A stretch of 64,000 bases of DNA from Octopus vulgaris (Eukaryota), in assembly GCA_951406725.2 (NCBI GenBank), contig OX597817.1:115816001-115880000 (forward strand), written 5' to 3'. The first letter of the stretch is position 1; each line of letters begins with the position of its first letter. The notes under the pieces were generated by a model. The model saw only the letters and a program-made list of their open reading frames with translations. It was not told where the DNA came from and did not search any database. The position numbers and the translations under genes are program-made. Below, piece by piece: positions 26,109 to 38,850 of the stretch.

Positions 26109-28484
26109 TATAAGTTGTGTGATGTATATATGTATTTATGCTTGTGTATTTGTGTATGTGTGTGTGTGTGTGCGTGTACAATAGCGGAGTAGATGAGATA
26201 ATAAGAGTTGACTAGATGCATATATCTTGATATTTTGAATATATAGTTGATTCAAGTAATAACTCTGTAAAGTTAAGGGTTTCTAACTTGTCAACGCACT
26301 GATTGGAAAACATAGGTTTCCAGTTGAAGATTTCGGAGGGGCATTTGTTTTACAGGGGTGATGTGGAGCAATTGTCACAATGCTGTCTATTATGAGACCT
26401 TGTATGTATATTACAAACAATTGTTTCGTTTAACTAAATGATCAAACTTTCGTATTTTTGGATTCGAATGAACCTCTCTTCAGCTACTATTTAAACAAAA
26501 TTATAACAGAATTTTATACATTTTAGTAAAATGTTGTTGGGATTTCTAACGAAAGGAAAGGAGAATACTTATTTCTATTTCGTCAGATCCGTTCCTCATT
26601 AACAATACCTAGCCACCGAATGGTGTCCTCACCTGTGCCGGGATGAGGAATAGGAAAGAACTTTCAATATTACTCAAAAACAGTTAAATTTTTTCCTTCA
26701 CTCACTATCACCACAGAATCTGTATTAAAAACAAACCCCAGATACAACAGATTTGAAACCTTGAGTCTTTATTTTCAAGTTCCAAATTTTAAATAGATAC
26801 ACTCCTATACGCACGTACAAACATGTATGTCCCACATGCCTCCGCATATACGTGTGTCTGCGCGCGCGTTTATGTGAGTGTGCGTATAAATACGCACAAA
26901 CAGCTATATATGTATATTAGTTAAGTATATTTCAATACGCATGCACGTATATGTTTGTTGTGCGCACGCGCATGAAATATAGGTGCGTATCAATGTTGAA
27001 TATATCATTTTATGAAAATTGCAGCTAAATTGATAAAGTTGATGAAATTATATCGAAACGCAAAAGCTATCTCTGTACTAAATCGATTATAATATTTATC
27101 CAAATTTTCATTTACTCACAAATACACGTACAAATAGACAGGAACAGATGCACACACTCGCAAACACATTGGTATGTTTATGTTATTCTATATGCGTAGT
27201 CATGTGTATATTCACTGCTGTATAATATGCTATGAAACTGTGATATAGGATACAGTTTTCGTGCAACCTTTCTACGGAGAAAGAAAATAAATTGATTTCA
27301 TACCAAATAGCAATATTTCTTTTATACATACTTCATTCTGCTTACAGTTTTTTTAAAACACTAAAATGACGATGTATCGACTTATTTCAGAATCTTTAAT
27401 TTCAAGGAAAATTTTCATTATCATTCAGTGCCTTGTAATTTTGATGTAGCGCATAGAATTTTATTTGAAATAACCATTTAGTTTGCGTTTATGCGTTTTC
27501 GCCCACCTCAAGTTCAATATACATATTCCTCAGTAGATATTTATACTGCAACTATGTTGTATCTTTTACGTTTTCTTCAATCGAAGCTAGTGAAATTCCT
27601 TTCCTGAAACTGAATTACGTTAACAGATGACTGAAATTGATTAAATGATAAGCAAAGTTTGAACATTTCGTGTTTTCTTATGTAAACTCCATGCATCCAT
27701 ATTCCAATAAAACTTAGGTAGATAAGAAACCTTGTGTAGGTATTTTTATGTGTACAGGTATACAGATAAAATTATATAACGGTTTCCTTTGAAGTGCTTT
27801 TCCTAACGTAGACAAATTTAATAGTTAAGATAACATCTTCAAATGTGTAATCATACTTTTTAACTCTTTATCATAAACAAAATAAGTCAAAGAAATGCAT
27901 GTTGTTTTTGTTTAAGATGTGTGATTTTTTCGGTAAAAGATATATGGAGTACACTCTACAAAGTTTGTTAAGTTCTGTAGATATATATGAATATTCATAT
28001 ATTGTTATATTTTAATCCATACATCTCTTTGCATATCTGCTTACAAATATTTGAAGGTGTGTAGCCTAATGGTTAGAGTGTTTGGTTTAAGATAGTAATA
28101 TCGAACATTGTTTGATTCATGGAGTAACTCAGTGCGGTGAATATTAGTGTAAGACAGATAATTTTATGAGTACCTACCTACTACGATGCAGCTGTCTCTC
28201 CTTTCCACAACGTAATACTTGATTTTCCTCTGGTTTAAAGGTGGGACAGCCGAGAGACAGAAGTCTATATATGCTCACAACTTTAATGGTATCCAAAAGA
28301 ATTAGAAAAACTGCAGTACAATCCCTCAGGATATACTCACTTTTGTGTGTCGGCTCACTTTTTCCTACGTTATTCGGGTGCGTGTTATTGCCTTCAAGAT
28401 TGTTTACACATTCCATATGAATTAGAAAGCACTTTTGTTTTCGTATAAATTTCTAGTATAATTATATAACTGTATGCAAGCATG

Positions 28485-28826
<342 letters not shown>

Positions 28827-28940
28827 ATATTTCGGAATGGTCATATTGCCAGTTTAGCCAATAAAAACACACGCACTATATATGTGGTGTTATTTTGCTT
28901 CAGTGATATTTATTTTTTACATTAATCTTAATCTTATTTC

Positions 28941-28985
28941 GGCCAAAGTTCTTTCGTCACACTCCTGTGACCGCATCAGTGGTCC
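28941..28985 (-). ncRNA. Minimal type I hammerhead-like motif in the PLE 3' region
   Basis: Minus strand GACCA-CUGAUGC-G-GUCACA-ggag-UGUGAC-GAAA-G-aa-C-U-U-UGGCC, with the A9 position altered. The mirror copy at 30281-30321 lacks 3 nt of stem II. Confidence 0.6.
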
Positions 28986-29447
28986 TTTGTTTTCTTCTCA
29001 CTTACTTGTGTCTCTCCTTACTAACCGTCAGCCATTTTGTATTTCTATTGTATGTCTTCATTTGCGCATGCTTATATCTCTATGTGCGTCTATGTTTATT
29101 TAGTGTGTGGGGGGGATGCCTGTAATATTTGTATCTTCTGGTTATATACATTCTTGTAATTTGTATTTTGTTTTTGTTGTTGTTGCTTTTGTTCTAATTT
29201 TGTTCATGTGTTTACATCCACCCATTATTATCATTACATATGCTTGTATGTATGTATAACAACAATATTAGTAATAATAATAATAAATCTAATCGAAAAA
29301 AAAAAAATATACATATACATATATATATATACATACATATACATATACATATACATACATATATACACACATACATACACATATAGATATTCATTTCTAT
29401 TTCTTTAATTACCTGTGTATTTATTATGTTTGCAGGATCCACTATTG

Positions 29448-29652
29448 TCATATGTTGTGGTGTGCGCTATTGCTCCATTCTAGTTTTCTATTCAGGCTAG
29501 GTTTATTTTCTATTATATGTGTAGCTTCTGTAATTTGTCTAATTGTTGCATCTGTTCTATGTGTGGACAATATCTTAATCTCTATGTTATTGATTGATCC
29601 CCCGTGTTCTTGTTCGGCGTGTTGGTACAGAATCGATGAGCTTTTACCTTCC
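29448..29652 (-). pseudogene. Penelope-type GIY-YIG endonuclease C-terminal fragment
   Basis: GKSSSILYQHAEQEHGGSINNIEIKILSTHRTDATIRQITEATHIIENKPSLNRKLEW fits the S..H....H...kIl....R.i.Ea..I....P.LN.k.Ew pattern of PLE endonucleases. Confidence 0.85.
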
Positions 29653-30496
29653 AGGTAAAAGCTCATCAATAACATAGAGATTAAGATATTGTCCACACAT
29701 AGAACAGATGCAACAATTAGACAAATTACAGAAGCTACACATATAATAGAAAATAAACCTAGCCTGAATAGAAAACTAGAATGGAGCAATAGCGCACACC
29801 ACAACATATGACAATAGTGGATCCTGCAAACATAATAAATACACAGGTAATTAAAGAAAAAGAAATGAATATCTATATGTGTATGTATGTGTGTATATAT
29901 GTATGTATATGTATATGTATATGTATGTATATATATATATGTATATGTATATATATATTTTTTTTTTCGATTAGATTTATTATTATTATTACTAATATTG
30001 TTGTTATACATACATACAAGCATATGTAATGATAATAATGGGTGGATGTAAACACATGAACAAAATTAGAACAAAAGCAACAACAACAAAAACAAAATAC
30101 AAATTACAAGAATGTATATAACCAGAAGATACAAATATTACAGGCATCCTCCCCACACACACTAAATAAACATAGACGCACATAGAGATATAAGCATGCG
30201 CAAATGAAGACATACAATAGAAATACAAAATGGCTGACGGTTAGTAAGGAGAGACACAAGTAAGTGAGAAGAAAACAAAGGACCACTGATGCGGTCACAG
30301 GAGTACGAAAGAACTTTGGCCGAAATAAGATTAAGATTAATGTAAAAAATAAATATCACTGAAGCAAAATAACACCAAATATATAGTGCGTGTGTTTTTA
30401 TTGGCTAAACTGGCAATATGACCATTCCGAAATATAACAATATCTGTTTCAACACACGACTTCACATAAAAAATCTTGCACAACAAATATTTAAAC

Positions 30497-30562
<66 letters not shown>

Positions 30563-30785
30563 AATCATACCTACTCAAATGCATATTCCTGCCGATTATA
30601 ATTGAGTGCATATTGTTAGCGCAAGCATTAATGGATTTATTAAATTGTCATTTCCAGACATGTGATTAATACGAATGAAGTCTACTTTATAGATATTCTT
30701 TATGACGCTGAATGTCATAGTCGTTAATATCAGTTCTGTCCTCAATGCATACATCTATATTCAAAAGAATTCCAGCTATGATCAT

Positions 30786-33586
30786 CTGTGGCGGATCAAC
30801 AATATTCGGGTCCTGAAGCTTAAAATGTTATGGAAACCCCCTTTACAACCAGCAACAGTAGGGTAACATCTAACAAGGGTCAAAAAAGTTCGTGCCTCTT
30901 TGTAAGGTGCTCCAGCTTGAGGCCCTGATAGGTCAAATTGTGGAGTTGTGACGTGGAGTACTTAAAAATGAGTCTGAAATGAGTTTTAGAGTTATGTGGT
31001 GGAGTTGAAAATTAGGGAAACTCTATAAACATGCATGATGCACCATTAGAAGACATAGGAACATTTAAGAGATACTTGTTTTTCTGGTTTTTGTAGCAAC
31101 AGTTTTGTCATTTGACAGCTTCCTTGCAATGTCATTTTCTAGAGACATGCATTAAAGAATTTCAGCGCTCTTCAGTCATGGTAGACCGGAATTCATTCTT
31201 TACAAAAGAAGGCTTTGAGGAACTCCCTTCTACTTCACAGCTCGTGATAGGCATTTTCAATTAATTGTTGTGCATAAATAAGTTGAAAAACTTCTGTGCA
31301 TTGCATTTTAGATGGTATTTTTTCTTCTGTGTTCCGGGATTTCCTAAGGTGTAAATAAGCTTTAAACTGATAACACTCATTCATTAATTTGTGGTCAATA
31401 TCGTCTTTATAATTCGTTATTGTAAGTTTGATACTGTTCTCATCAAATTCTGAATTGTTCATCAGTTCTGAGATAAACTTGACTCTTTTCGCAATGTGCT
31501 TATATGGATCCATCCTCCTCTTAACTGAATTATCAAGCAGTCATAGATTTGATTTAGAACTTCTATCCTAAATTTTTCGGCCTCTTTCAAAGAAGCCCTA
31601 TCACTTATTCCATCCGCAAATTTCTTTGTAATAATGCGTTTGGAAACATCAAAATATTTTGAGGTGAAATATTTACATACACCTTTTGCTACTCATTCAT
31701 AGTGTGCATTCCTGTCGGCTGAATTTTCTCGTAGTTCTTTAACAAATGAAAGCAAAGATGCTAGCAGAAGGTAACCTTCAAACACATCAGAGCCAGATGT
31801 TTGGAGTTTCTTGTTTTGTCAAAACGCTCTCCATAACTCCTTCCCAAACAACTGTTAAAACAGCATATTCCAATTTTACCAACTTGTGGTATAAATTCTT
31901 TGCATCTCTGTTACATTCAGGCTTCTCTTCTGAGTCTTCAGACATACATTTGATAGTTTGTAAAATATCCCTATATCCATTTTTAATTGCCTGGACTGCT
32001 TCACAGTGAGCAGATCATCTCGTTACACTTAAGCTCTTTAGTGAAAAGGCTAGTATGCCCTGTGTGTTCACAATCCCCCATCTTTGAGGAGATTCAAGAA
32101 AACATACAGCTGCTGCTAGATGCCAAAATTGTCAACAACTTCAGGCACAGAAGACGCTGACTTTTACCAAACAACGTTGAGTGAATGGCTTGCACATGGT
32201 ACATAGTCTTCATACCTGTTAATGGTTTTAAGACGTGCTTGAAGCCCTTTCTCAAAGTCCTTCATGTTGGAAACATTATAATACAACTGACCACGGATAT
32301 TTTCGAATGAAAGCATATGCTCCTCCAGAAATTGTCATTTTGTTGAGCAAGGTTGTGGATGAATGTTTTTCTATGATCAAAAACAGCTAAAAGTCTCTCA
32401 CAGGGTTTTCCATTACGACAGTATCGAACCACAATTACGAGCTGGTCAACATGACATGTCAGGTGTAGAATCACCAATAATTGAGTAGTGTTTGATGTCT
32501 AGGTTGTTGATCTGATTCACCACTTCATCTTTCACATGTTTTCCCATGATTTCCATCAATTCTTCATACACAGATTTGGATAGGTAAGTAATATTTACTT
32601 TTTCATTTTTACATTTCTCTAAATGTTCATGTATAAATGGGTCAAACTCTACCATAAGCGCAATGGCCTCCATGAGATTTGCATTATCTGGGGAACCCCA
32701 ATTTTCCTCTTTCACTTAAAAACTTTTTAAGTGCTAAAACTCTTTTTAGCACTTCGAAATAGTACTGTATGTTTTTTTCTCACTTGTTCCTCAAATTGCT
32801 GATCCACAGTGGCTTTATTTGACTTTTGTGTTAGCCAGTTCAACATCGCCCTGTTATTTTCATGCTGTCTTCAAGATTTTCTAGAGTTCTGAGTATATTC
32901 ATCCAATCAGAAAACCCACCTGTTGCAAGTGATATTTGGCATTTAGAAAAGAGATTCCCCTTTGAGAAAACTAACCAGGATCTCATTACACTCTGACCAT
33001 TTTTCATAGTACTTGTTTCAGAAACTTCGATTTTGTTTGTAGATCTTGTTCGACTCAGTATATACTTTATCTGGTTTATCATTTTGAAAAACCAAACTGA
33101 TGTATTGAATTAAACAGTTTTGTATGAAAACATTATCAATTGTTACGGGCCAGTTTGCCAAGTCACTGTAGTCTTTGAAACCATTAAATTTAAACCTTTC
33201 ATTGATCATTAAATAATGGCGTGAAAATAAGAATTCTTATATCTGCCGTGCTGATATAGTAGTAGTAGACACATTTGACAATGGGAGGGACTGGGCTGAA
33301 GTTTTTAAAGTAACTCAAGTAAAGTGAATTATCTGTGAGTCGTTTGTACTTTTATTTTTTATGCTACTCCACACCAGCAGAAACATTTGTTGAACAACTT
33401 GTGACTAGACACTGCATATCTAGACTCTGCATAGGAGTATGATATGATGTCCATTAAGACTGTTAACAGCAATCTGCAAAAATAAAAAAAATGACAATGA
33501 AAATTTAAGTTACTTCAGATGGGTCTCTCCGAGATTAGGGATTCTGAAGCTTAAGCTTATTTAGTTTTACGCTAGATCCACCTCTG
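30786..33586 (-). mobile_element. Full-span decayed hAT DNA transposon (2.8 kb)
   Basis: Imperfect TIRs ctgtggcggatc / gatccacctctg. 8-bp TSD atgatcat (30778-30785) / atgaccat (33587-33594). Confidence 0.9.
31090..33209 (-). pseudogene. hAT transposase (ZMYM1-like/Tip100-type), multiply disrupted
   Basis: YSDLANWP, RSWLVFS..GFSDW, GSPDNANLM..VEFDPFIHEHL..TYLSKSVYEELMEIMG..YSIIGDSTPDMS, VDQLVIVVRY..PCERLL; C-terminal dimerisation-like region near 31100-31250. Confidence 0.9.
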
Positions 33587-33594
33587 ATGACCAT

Positions 33595-33960
33595 ACAGTT
33601 CTCCTTACCATATCTACGACTACGTTGTCCAATATATTCCCCTCCTTAAAGACAATACGATAAATTTGGAATGAGATGTGGCCGCTGGTTTTAAGTAGCC
33701 GATCTTGTGGGATATGTTTCCTTACTTTGAATGTTGAGGCTTTCTCAGTAGCTCACTCTGTAGAAAGCAATTTTCTATACATATCAAATCCTTCTGGTTA
33801 AACGCAATATACTTTCAAACTGTTTCCTTGTTCCTCCAGAGACATGTTTACATTGCTGAAATGTAATTCGTGAGGGGCTACGAATGAGCAGAATCGTTAG
33901 ATAGTCGGATAGATTTCCATGCGAAATTCGTTCAGGCTTTCTTGTCACTTTGCTTGCCAT
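33595..33960 (-). mobile_element. Degenerate LINE fragment (R4/Dong-like, post-RT region)
   Basis: Frameshifted minus-strand LRLTRR/ICIENC resembles the LY..R..GGRGL..IE motif. Weak. Confidence 0.35.
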
Positions 33961-33967
33961 CTCTTTT

Positions 33968-34143
33968 AAGGTCGAGCAAAATGCTTGCAGCATTCCGTCT
34001 GACTTTATGGCCTTTATTCCACGCGCGTCAATTTTGCTTTACATCTTTTCGGGGTGAATAATAGAAATACCTCTTGAACACCGAGGTCGACTGAATCGAT
34101 TTACCGTCCCCTAGATTTGCTGGACTTGTACTAAAATTTGAAA
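33968..34143 (+). mobile_element. Diverged Meta-domain-like SINE
   Basis: Similar to 22715-22945 (gctttacatcttttcggggtg; gaggtcgactgaatcgattt). Confidence 0.6.
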
Positions 34144-34149
34144 TCGATC

Positions 34150-34488
34150 TGTAACTTATGAGGGTTCATGTGTTTAAGGCCTATTTATTGAATAAATCAA
34201 CAAGGGAACATATACAATTGTCATCGTATCTATGAAGATCTTGTAGAGCGGTCTTTGCCACGGCTGTATCTGTCTTTTGATGACAGCTGTCGCTCTGACA
34301 TGTTATATTCCGAAGTCGTCCATAGAATGGATCTATCTGGCACTGTACGACCAGCAGTCGTACAGTATAATTATTATATCAACATAATCTACACATTTCG
34401 ACCTTCTAACCGGTTACTAGTCTATTTACAATGGTTGTCTACTACCACCTTTTACCGGGAGGGGCGTAGAGATTCGCTATATACAACA
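34150..34488 (-). mobile_element. 3' LTR of a Gypsy-like element
   Basis: Minus strand starts TGTTG and ends TTACA, preceded by purine-rich aaagttaagagg (PPT). Its first ~85 bp resemble 36165-36250. Confidence 0.65.
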
Positions 34489-34539
34489 CCTCTTAACTTT
34501 CTTTTTATTTAACAATGAATTTCTTTTATTCACTACGTC

Positions 34540-34787
34540 TAAGGTGCAGGTGTCTGTGGATTGCTCAGCCACTTGCACGTTAATAAATGAGCTACGCCGT
34601 CACTGGTGCCAAGGTGTATCAGCCTTTGCATTTCCCTTAGATAACATCGGTGGCGTGGAGAGGGGAGGCAGGTATGCGTGGGCGACTGCTGGTCTTCCAT
34701 AAACAGCTTTACCCAGACTTGTGCCTCGGAGGATAACTTTCTAGGTGCAATCCCATGGTCATTCATGACCGAATGGGGTCACAACAA
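34540..34787 (+). mobile_element. SINE 3' portion (family of 840-1072)
   Basis: gtcactggtgccaaggtgtatcagcc...cccatggtcattcatgaccgaatggggtc. Confidence 0.75.
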
Positions 34788-34939
34788 TATATATATATAT
34801 ATATATTTTGTTGTGACCCCCTTCGGTCATTAATATATATATATATATATAATATGTACACAATATCTTTTCTTGGGGTCTACTTTTATGAATTCTGTGT
34901 TCCTTCTTTTCCTTGTACGTGTGCTATCGACTTCTTGTA

Positions 34940-35480
34940 ACGGTGTTGGGGTGTTGGGAGCTGAAAAATAACATATTACCAATCCATCTTGTTGGTTCCT
35001 TTTCTATGACTCTCCTTAAGCTCATTTCTCTGTCTCCTTTCCATTCAATTTCCGCTTCTTACACCATGCATAATTTTTCCTATGTATGTTACAATTTCTC
35101 CTTCCCAGTATTGTTAGCCATTTCTGTACATTCTTACATATACCTTATCACCGATTCTAAAGAAATTTAGCATGACTTTACTAGCAAGTATTCTTTTCTT
35201 CACTGGTAATAGCTTATCGAATACTGACTTCCCCTTTATGGCGAACATTAATTCTACTGGTTAACTTCCTTCTGGCGCATTTGGGTTCGGAATTACCCTG
35301 TATAACCTTAAGAATTTTTGGATCACTACCTCGTCCGTGGCTTCCTTATTAGCTTTCTGTAAATCTTTCTTAAAGGTGTCCATGAACCGTTCGGCCCATC
35401 TATTCGATCTTGGGCGATACGGTGTTATAGTTTTATGCTCTAATGTGAACATACCGCAGAATCTTTCAAACTCACAGGGT
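34940..35480 (-). pseudogene. Ty3/Gypsy integrase C-terminal core fragment
   Basis: EHKTITPYRPRSNRWAERFMDTFKKDL..KFLRLYRVIPN..GS*PVELMF matches the P.SNG.AER..T.K integrase motif. Confidence 0.85.
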
Positions 35481-35549
35481 ACAACCTGTGTTCCATTATA
35501 TCCGGTACACCAAATCTTGCGAACAGCTCGATCAAGAAGTTTATAACCG

Positions 35550-36065
35550 TATATTATGTTGGTCGTTTACATCTCGAGACCTCACACAGACAAAACATCA
35601 CCTCGTCCGTCCTCAGCGGTATGGTCGAGTACAGTTCGGAGGCCGCCACCTTCCCAAACTGCATCTCCACCGCTCCACACACCTGAGCCTCGTCAAGGTA
35701 AGTCATCTCCTGTCATTTCGACTCCAGTACTCCCTTCACCTTGGCCTCCGTCCTTACTTCAACTTTGTCCGCTGCTGCGGCGTAAGTTCCGTATACAATT
35801 GTTCTCTCCTCCCTGTCCATCAACACATCTTTGGGGGAAGGAGCACATTTACCACTCTCAAGCACTGCCCTGAATCCACTCAACTCCTCCAGACCGACCC
35901 CTTCAATTCCTTCTCCAGCCGCCACACAACTTCTCCTCTCCACTTCCCCGTCCATCCCGTTCAGACATCCAGCCAACTCCTCCTTAGACAAATCACATTC
36001 TAGGGAAGAGCGCCTCAACCTCCTCAACCTCTCCTGCGTCGCCCCTCCATCATACAAGAGGTAAA
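35550..36065 (-). other. GC-rich coding-like segment (probable retroelement gag/ORF1 remnant, unassigned)
   Basis: Sharp composition shift. ORF 35713-36111 is E/G/V/R-rich and lies between an LTR-like end and the integrase fragment. Confidence 0.4.
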
Positions 36066-36099
36066 ACGTCGATCCACTAGGACAGAAGAAACTTATATG

Positions 36100-36250
36100 T
36101 GTACCAAACAAATCGAATAATGCAACTGAACCATAAACCGGAAATCACGTATTCTCGAACTTCTTTCTGTCGCCCGGCTACTGGTCTATTTATAAAGACT
36201 GGTTACTACCACTTTTTACCAGGAGTGGTGTAAAGTTTCACTATATAACA
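36100..36250 (-). mobile_element. LTR-like segment related to 34150-34488
   Basis: ccggctactggtctattta..tactaccactttttaccaggagtggtgtaaagtttcactatataaca vs ccggttactagtctattta..tactaccaccttttaccgggaggggcgtagagattcgctatatacaaca. Confidence 0.6.
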
Positions 36251-36496
36251 GAAAAGAATACCTAATACATTATTTACTAGTAGATCGTATTAGCATGTCT
36301 CTAGAAATAGTAATGCCTATACGTAACTATTTTGCCTTCAAGTACAAATTATCTTCAGTCAAATGCTTCCTACGAAAGTTCCAAAACTATGTGATTAAAC
36401 TTTCATAACACATGCAGTTCCGACTTTAGTAGATGTGCTCACTGTTCATATACTTCAATAGTCGACTTAATTTGTCAATCGCTTTTTTTAACTACT

Positions 36497-36782
36497 GGTA
36501 CAGATCCCATCAACGGAACAGTTTGCTCGTGTAATGAACGTGTAATTGGCTGAGCACTCCATAGACACGCGTACTCATTACATAGTTCTGAGGGGGATTC
36601 TGTGTGGCACAGAAGGAGACACGGTTGGCCCTTTTAAACTATAAGTACAACTCATTTTAGAGTGAGCTCGGTGTACTGGAGTAACGTGAAATAAAATGTC
36701 TTGCTCAAAGACACAACGCACCACTGGCAGTGAAACTGACGACCTTTCAATCATCAGCTGAATACCCTTACCAATAAGCCTT
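36497..36782 (-). mobile_element. CORE-type tRNA SINE
   Basis: gaaataaaatgtcttgctcaaagacacaacgca is the reverse complement of the CORE-like segment at 906-942. Confidence 0.75.
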
Positions 36783-38185
36783 CAGTCGGTTAAAATACCA
36801 CTCAAACACCTGTATAATAATTTTTTTCTCGCCAACTAGTCTCAGGGTAAATGCGTACGACAATGGCTGTTACACTCTCCAATAGATTATTTAGTTGTTA
36901 ACACGATTAGAGATCATTGCAATTTGCAGCCATTAAAGAATATCAGCACCTTTTAATTATGTCAAGTAGCATGATAGAATCTTGTGTATGTTTAGAGATG
37001 CGAGTGCTGTCTTTACATACAATTTGAATACATCATCAAAGAGCGTTACATTCCGATAATTCCTGGTTAGCACCATTGGCACTATAGAGTGCAAATGTGC
37101 ATTATCTTACTGAATCGGTGTTAATGATAGCGTTTTCTCTTCAATTTAATTGTTAATCAGGAAATTAGATTATCAGTAGAAATCAATGATTAGAAAGATA
37201 AATCATGAAAATATTTGTTCAAGATGTCTCACACAGGACCAGAATATTAATCCGCGGAGTAACCTATTTGTAATGAATACCTAATGTGAGTAGGCCATTC
37301 CAAGATGAGAAATGAGAATAGTATCAATGATATAGTGTTACATGCTTCGGATCTGCAACAGAAATAGTTTTGGCCGATTACCCGTAATGAAATAATGTTC
37401 TTAAACACTAAATTATTGCTTTGTATCAGAGGAATATTCATTATACATTCCTTTCTTAATGCACTGTAGTGATCAATGATTAATAGTTCGTAGCAATGAA
37501 ATGAGGTAGAAAAATGTGAGCGAAGGACAAATAACCAACATTTTATTCACTTGGTTTAATAAGCCACAATTGGGTGAATAGTTGATTGTGATTAATTATT
37601 TATAATAGTATTTACAAATGATTATTTGCATTGAAGAGAATAGACAAATAATTATATTATCTAAACAATTTAATTTTATATTAATTTAAAATAATTATGA
37701 AAATTATTAACTTACGATTTTCTTATTCACCTATTTATACTTTTGAATATAATACACAGCACTCATTTTGTGCAGACTGATAAATCCACCATTAGGTTGC
37801 TGCTACATGCAATTTTAGTAAGGTAAGGCTTCTAATTCAGTCATTCGAAGTTCACATTATATCTCGGTTATACGGCTAAAATGGACGCGTTGTTGAAGTT
37901 ACGTAGGAAATATACAAACTCGCACTCACACACATGCACACACAGACGCACGCACACATAGACGAATAAACACATAGACGAACGCGCTCACAGATGCACA
38001 CACATAGACGCATGCGCACATAAAAACATGTCATGTGTATACGTTTGGGGAGGTATGTAATATTTATTATCAAAATAATTGTATATATCATCTTACACTT
38101 ATTTGTACTGATGAATACTGTCTTTGCGAGTGTCCTCTATACGTCCTCACTTCAAAAGAACCTGATGAATACAACTGTTTAGTTC

Positions 38186-38249
38186 GGACGTACGGCATAG
38201 TGGTTCAGAGCGTGGGCTACTAGCCCCAAGATTCCGAGTTCGATTCCAA

Positions 38250-38329
<80 letters not shown>

Positions 38330-38480
38330 CACAACATCGAAAAATACTTTCGGAATGAGAATCCGTGTTCGAAATTTCCCCAAGAGACCTGATGAAGGCT
38401 GGAGGGTATATCAGCCGAAAGTTGTTTTATCAATACACAAGATGAAGACAAATATCAGTCCAGTATAAATAATGTAAATA
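38186..38480 (+). mobile_element. Composite element: tRNA-like Pol III head + (TAA)n + hammerhead motif
   Basis: A box ggcatagtgg (38194-38203), B box gagttcgattcc (38236-38247), (TAA)n 38251-38329, HHR core 38389-38420. Confidence 0.7.
38385..38427 (+). ncRNA. Minimal type I hammerhead motif
   Basis: AGAC-CUGAUGA-A-GGCUG-gaggguauau-CAGCC-GAAA-GUU-GUUU: canonical core and 5-bp stem II, but stem III cannot form as written. Confidence 0.65.
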
Positions 38481-38850
38481 AGGGTACAATTGTTCTTCTG
38501 GAAATAATGTCTCCTTTATAAATGGAAATCGAAACAATATCGTAATTAATATATTTCTTAAATTCTGAAATTAAAATATCACTACAACCAACTCCTTCTC
38601 CTTCAAGGGGCCTACAAAATAACTATGACTGAACTTGATTAGTAGATCTGGCAAAACACTGACAACTCACTATATATAAATCTTGCATAATTTTCTTGAA
38701 ATCATGACTACATCTTTCCAATAGAGTTTATGCTTATCAATAGGTTCTGCTATAAGAAAGTTATTTATTTTCATCTCTCATTCAGTTCCATGAACTTGTA
38801 AACCCACGAAGCAAATTCCTATTTTGCTTCAAAGTGCGTGCATTGATTCA

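Noticed and set aside
26540-26595. Minus-strand CUGACGA...GAAA
   Set aside because: No convincing stem II or cleavage triplet; compatible with chance.
29448-30023. 191-aa ORF as an intact gene
   Set aside because: Only the last ~67 codons are real PLE endonuclease sequence. The rest is the antisense of the mirrored arm read through the palindrome apex.
38186-38250. Functional tRNA gene
   Set aside because: A and B boxes are present, but there is no 3' acceptor strand or terminator and it runs straight into (TAA)n. Treated as a SINE-type head.
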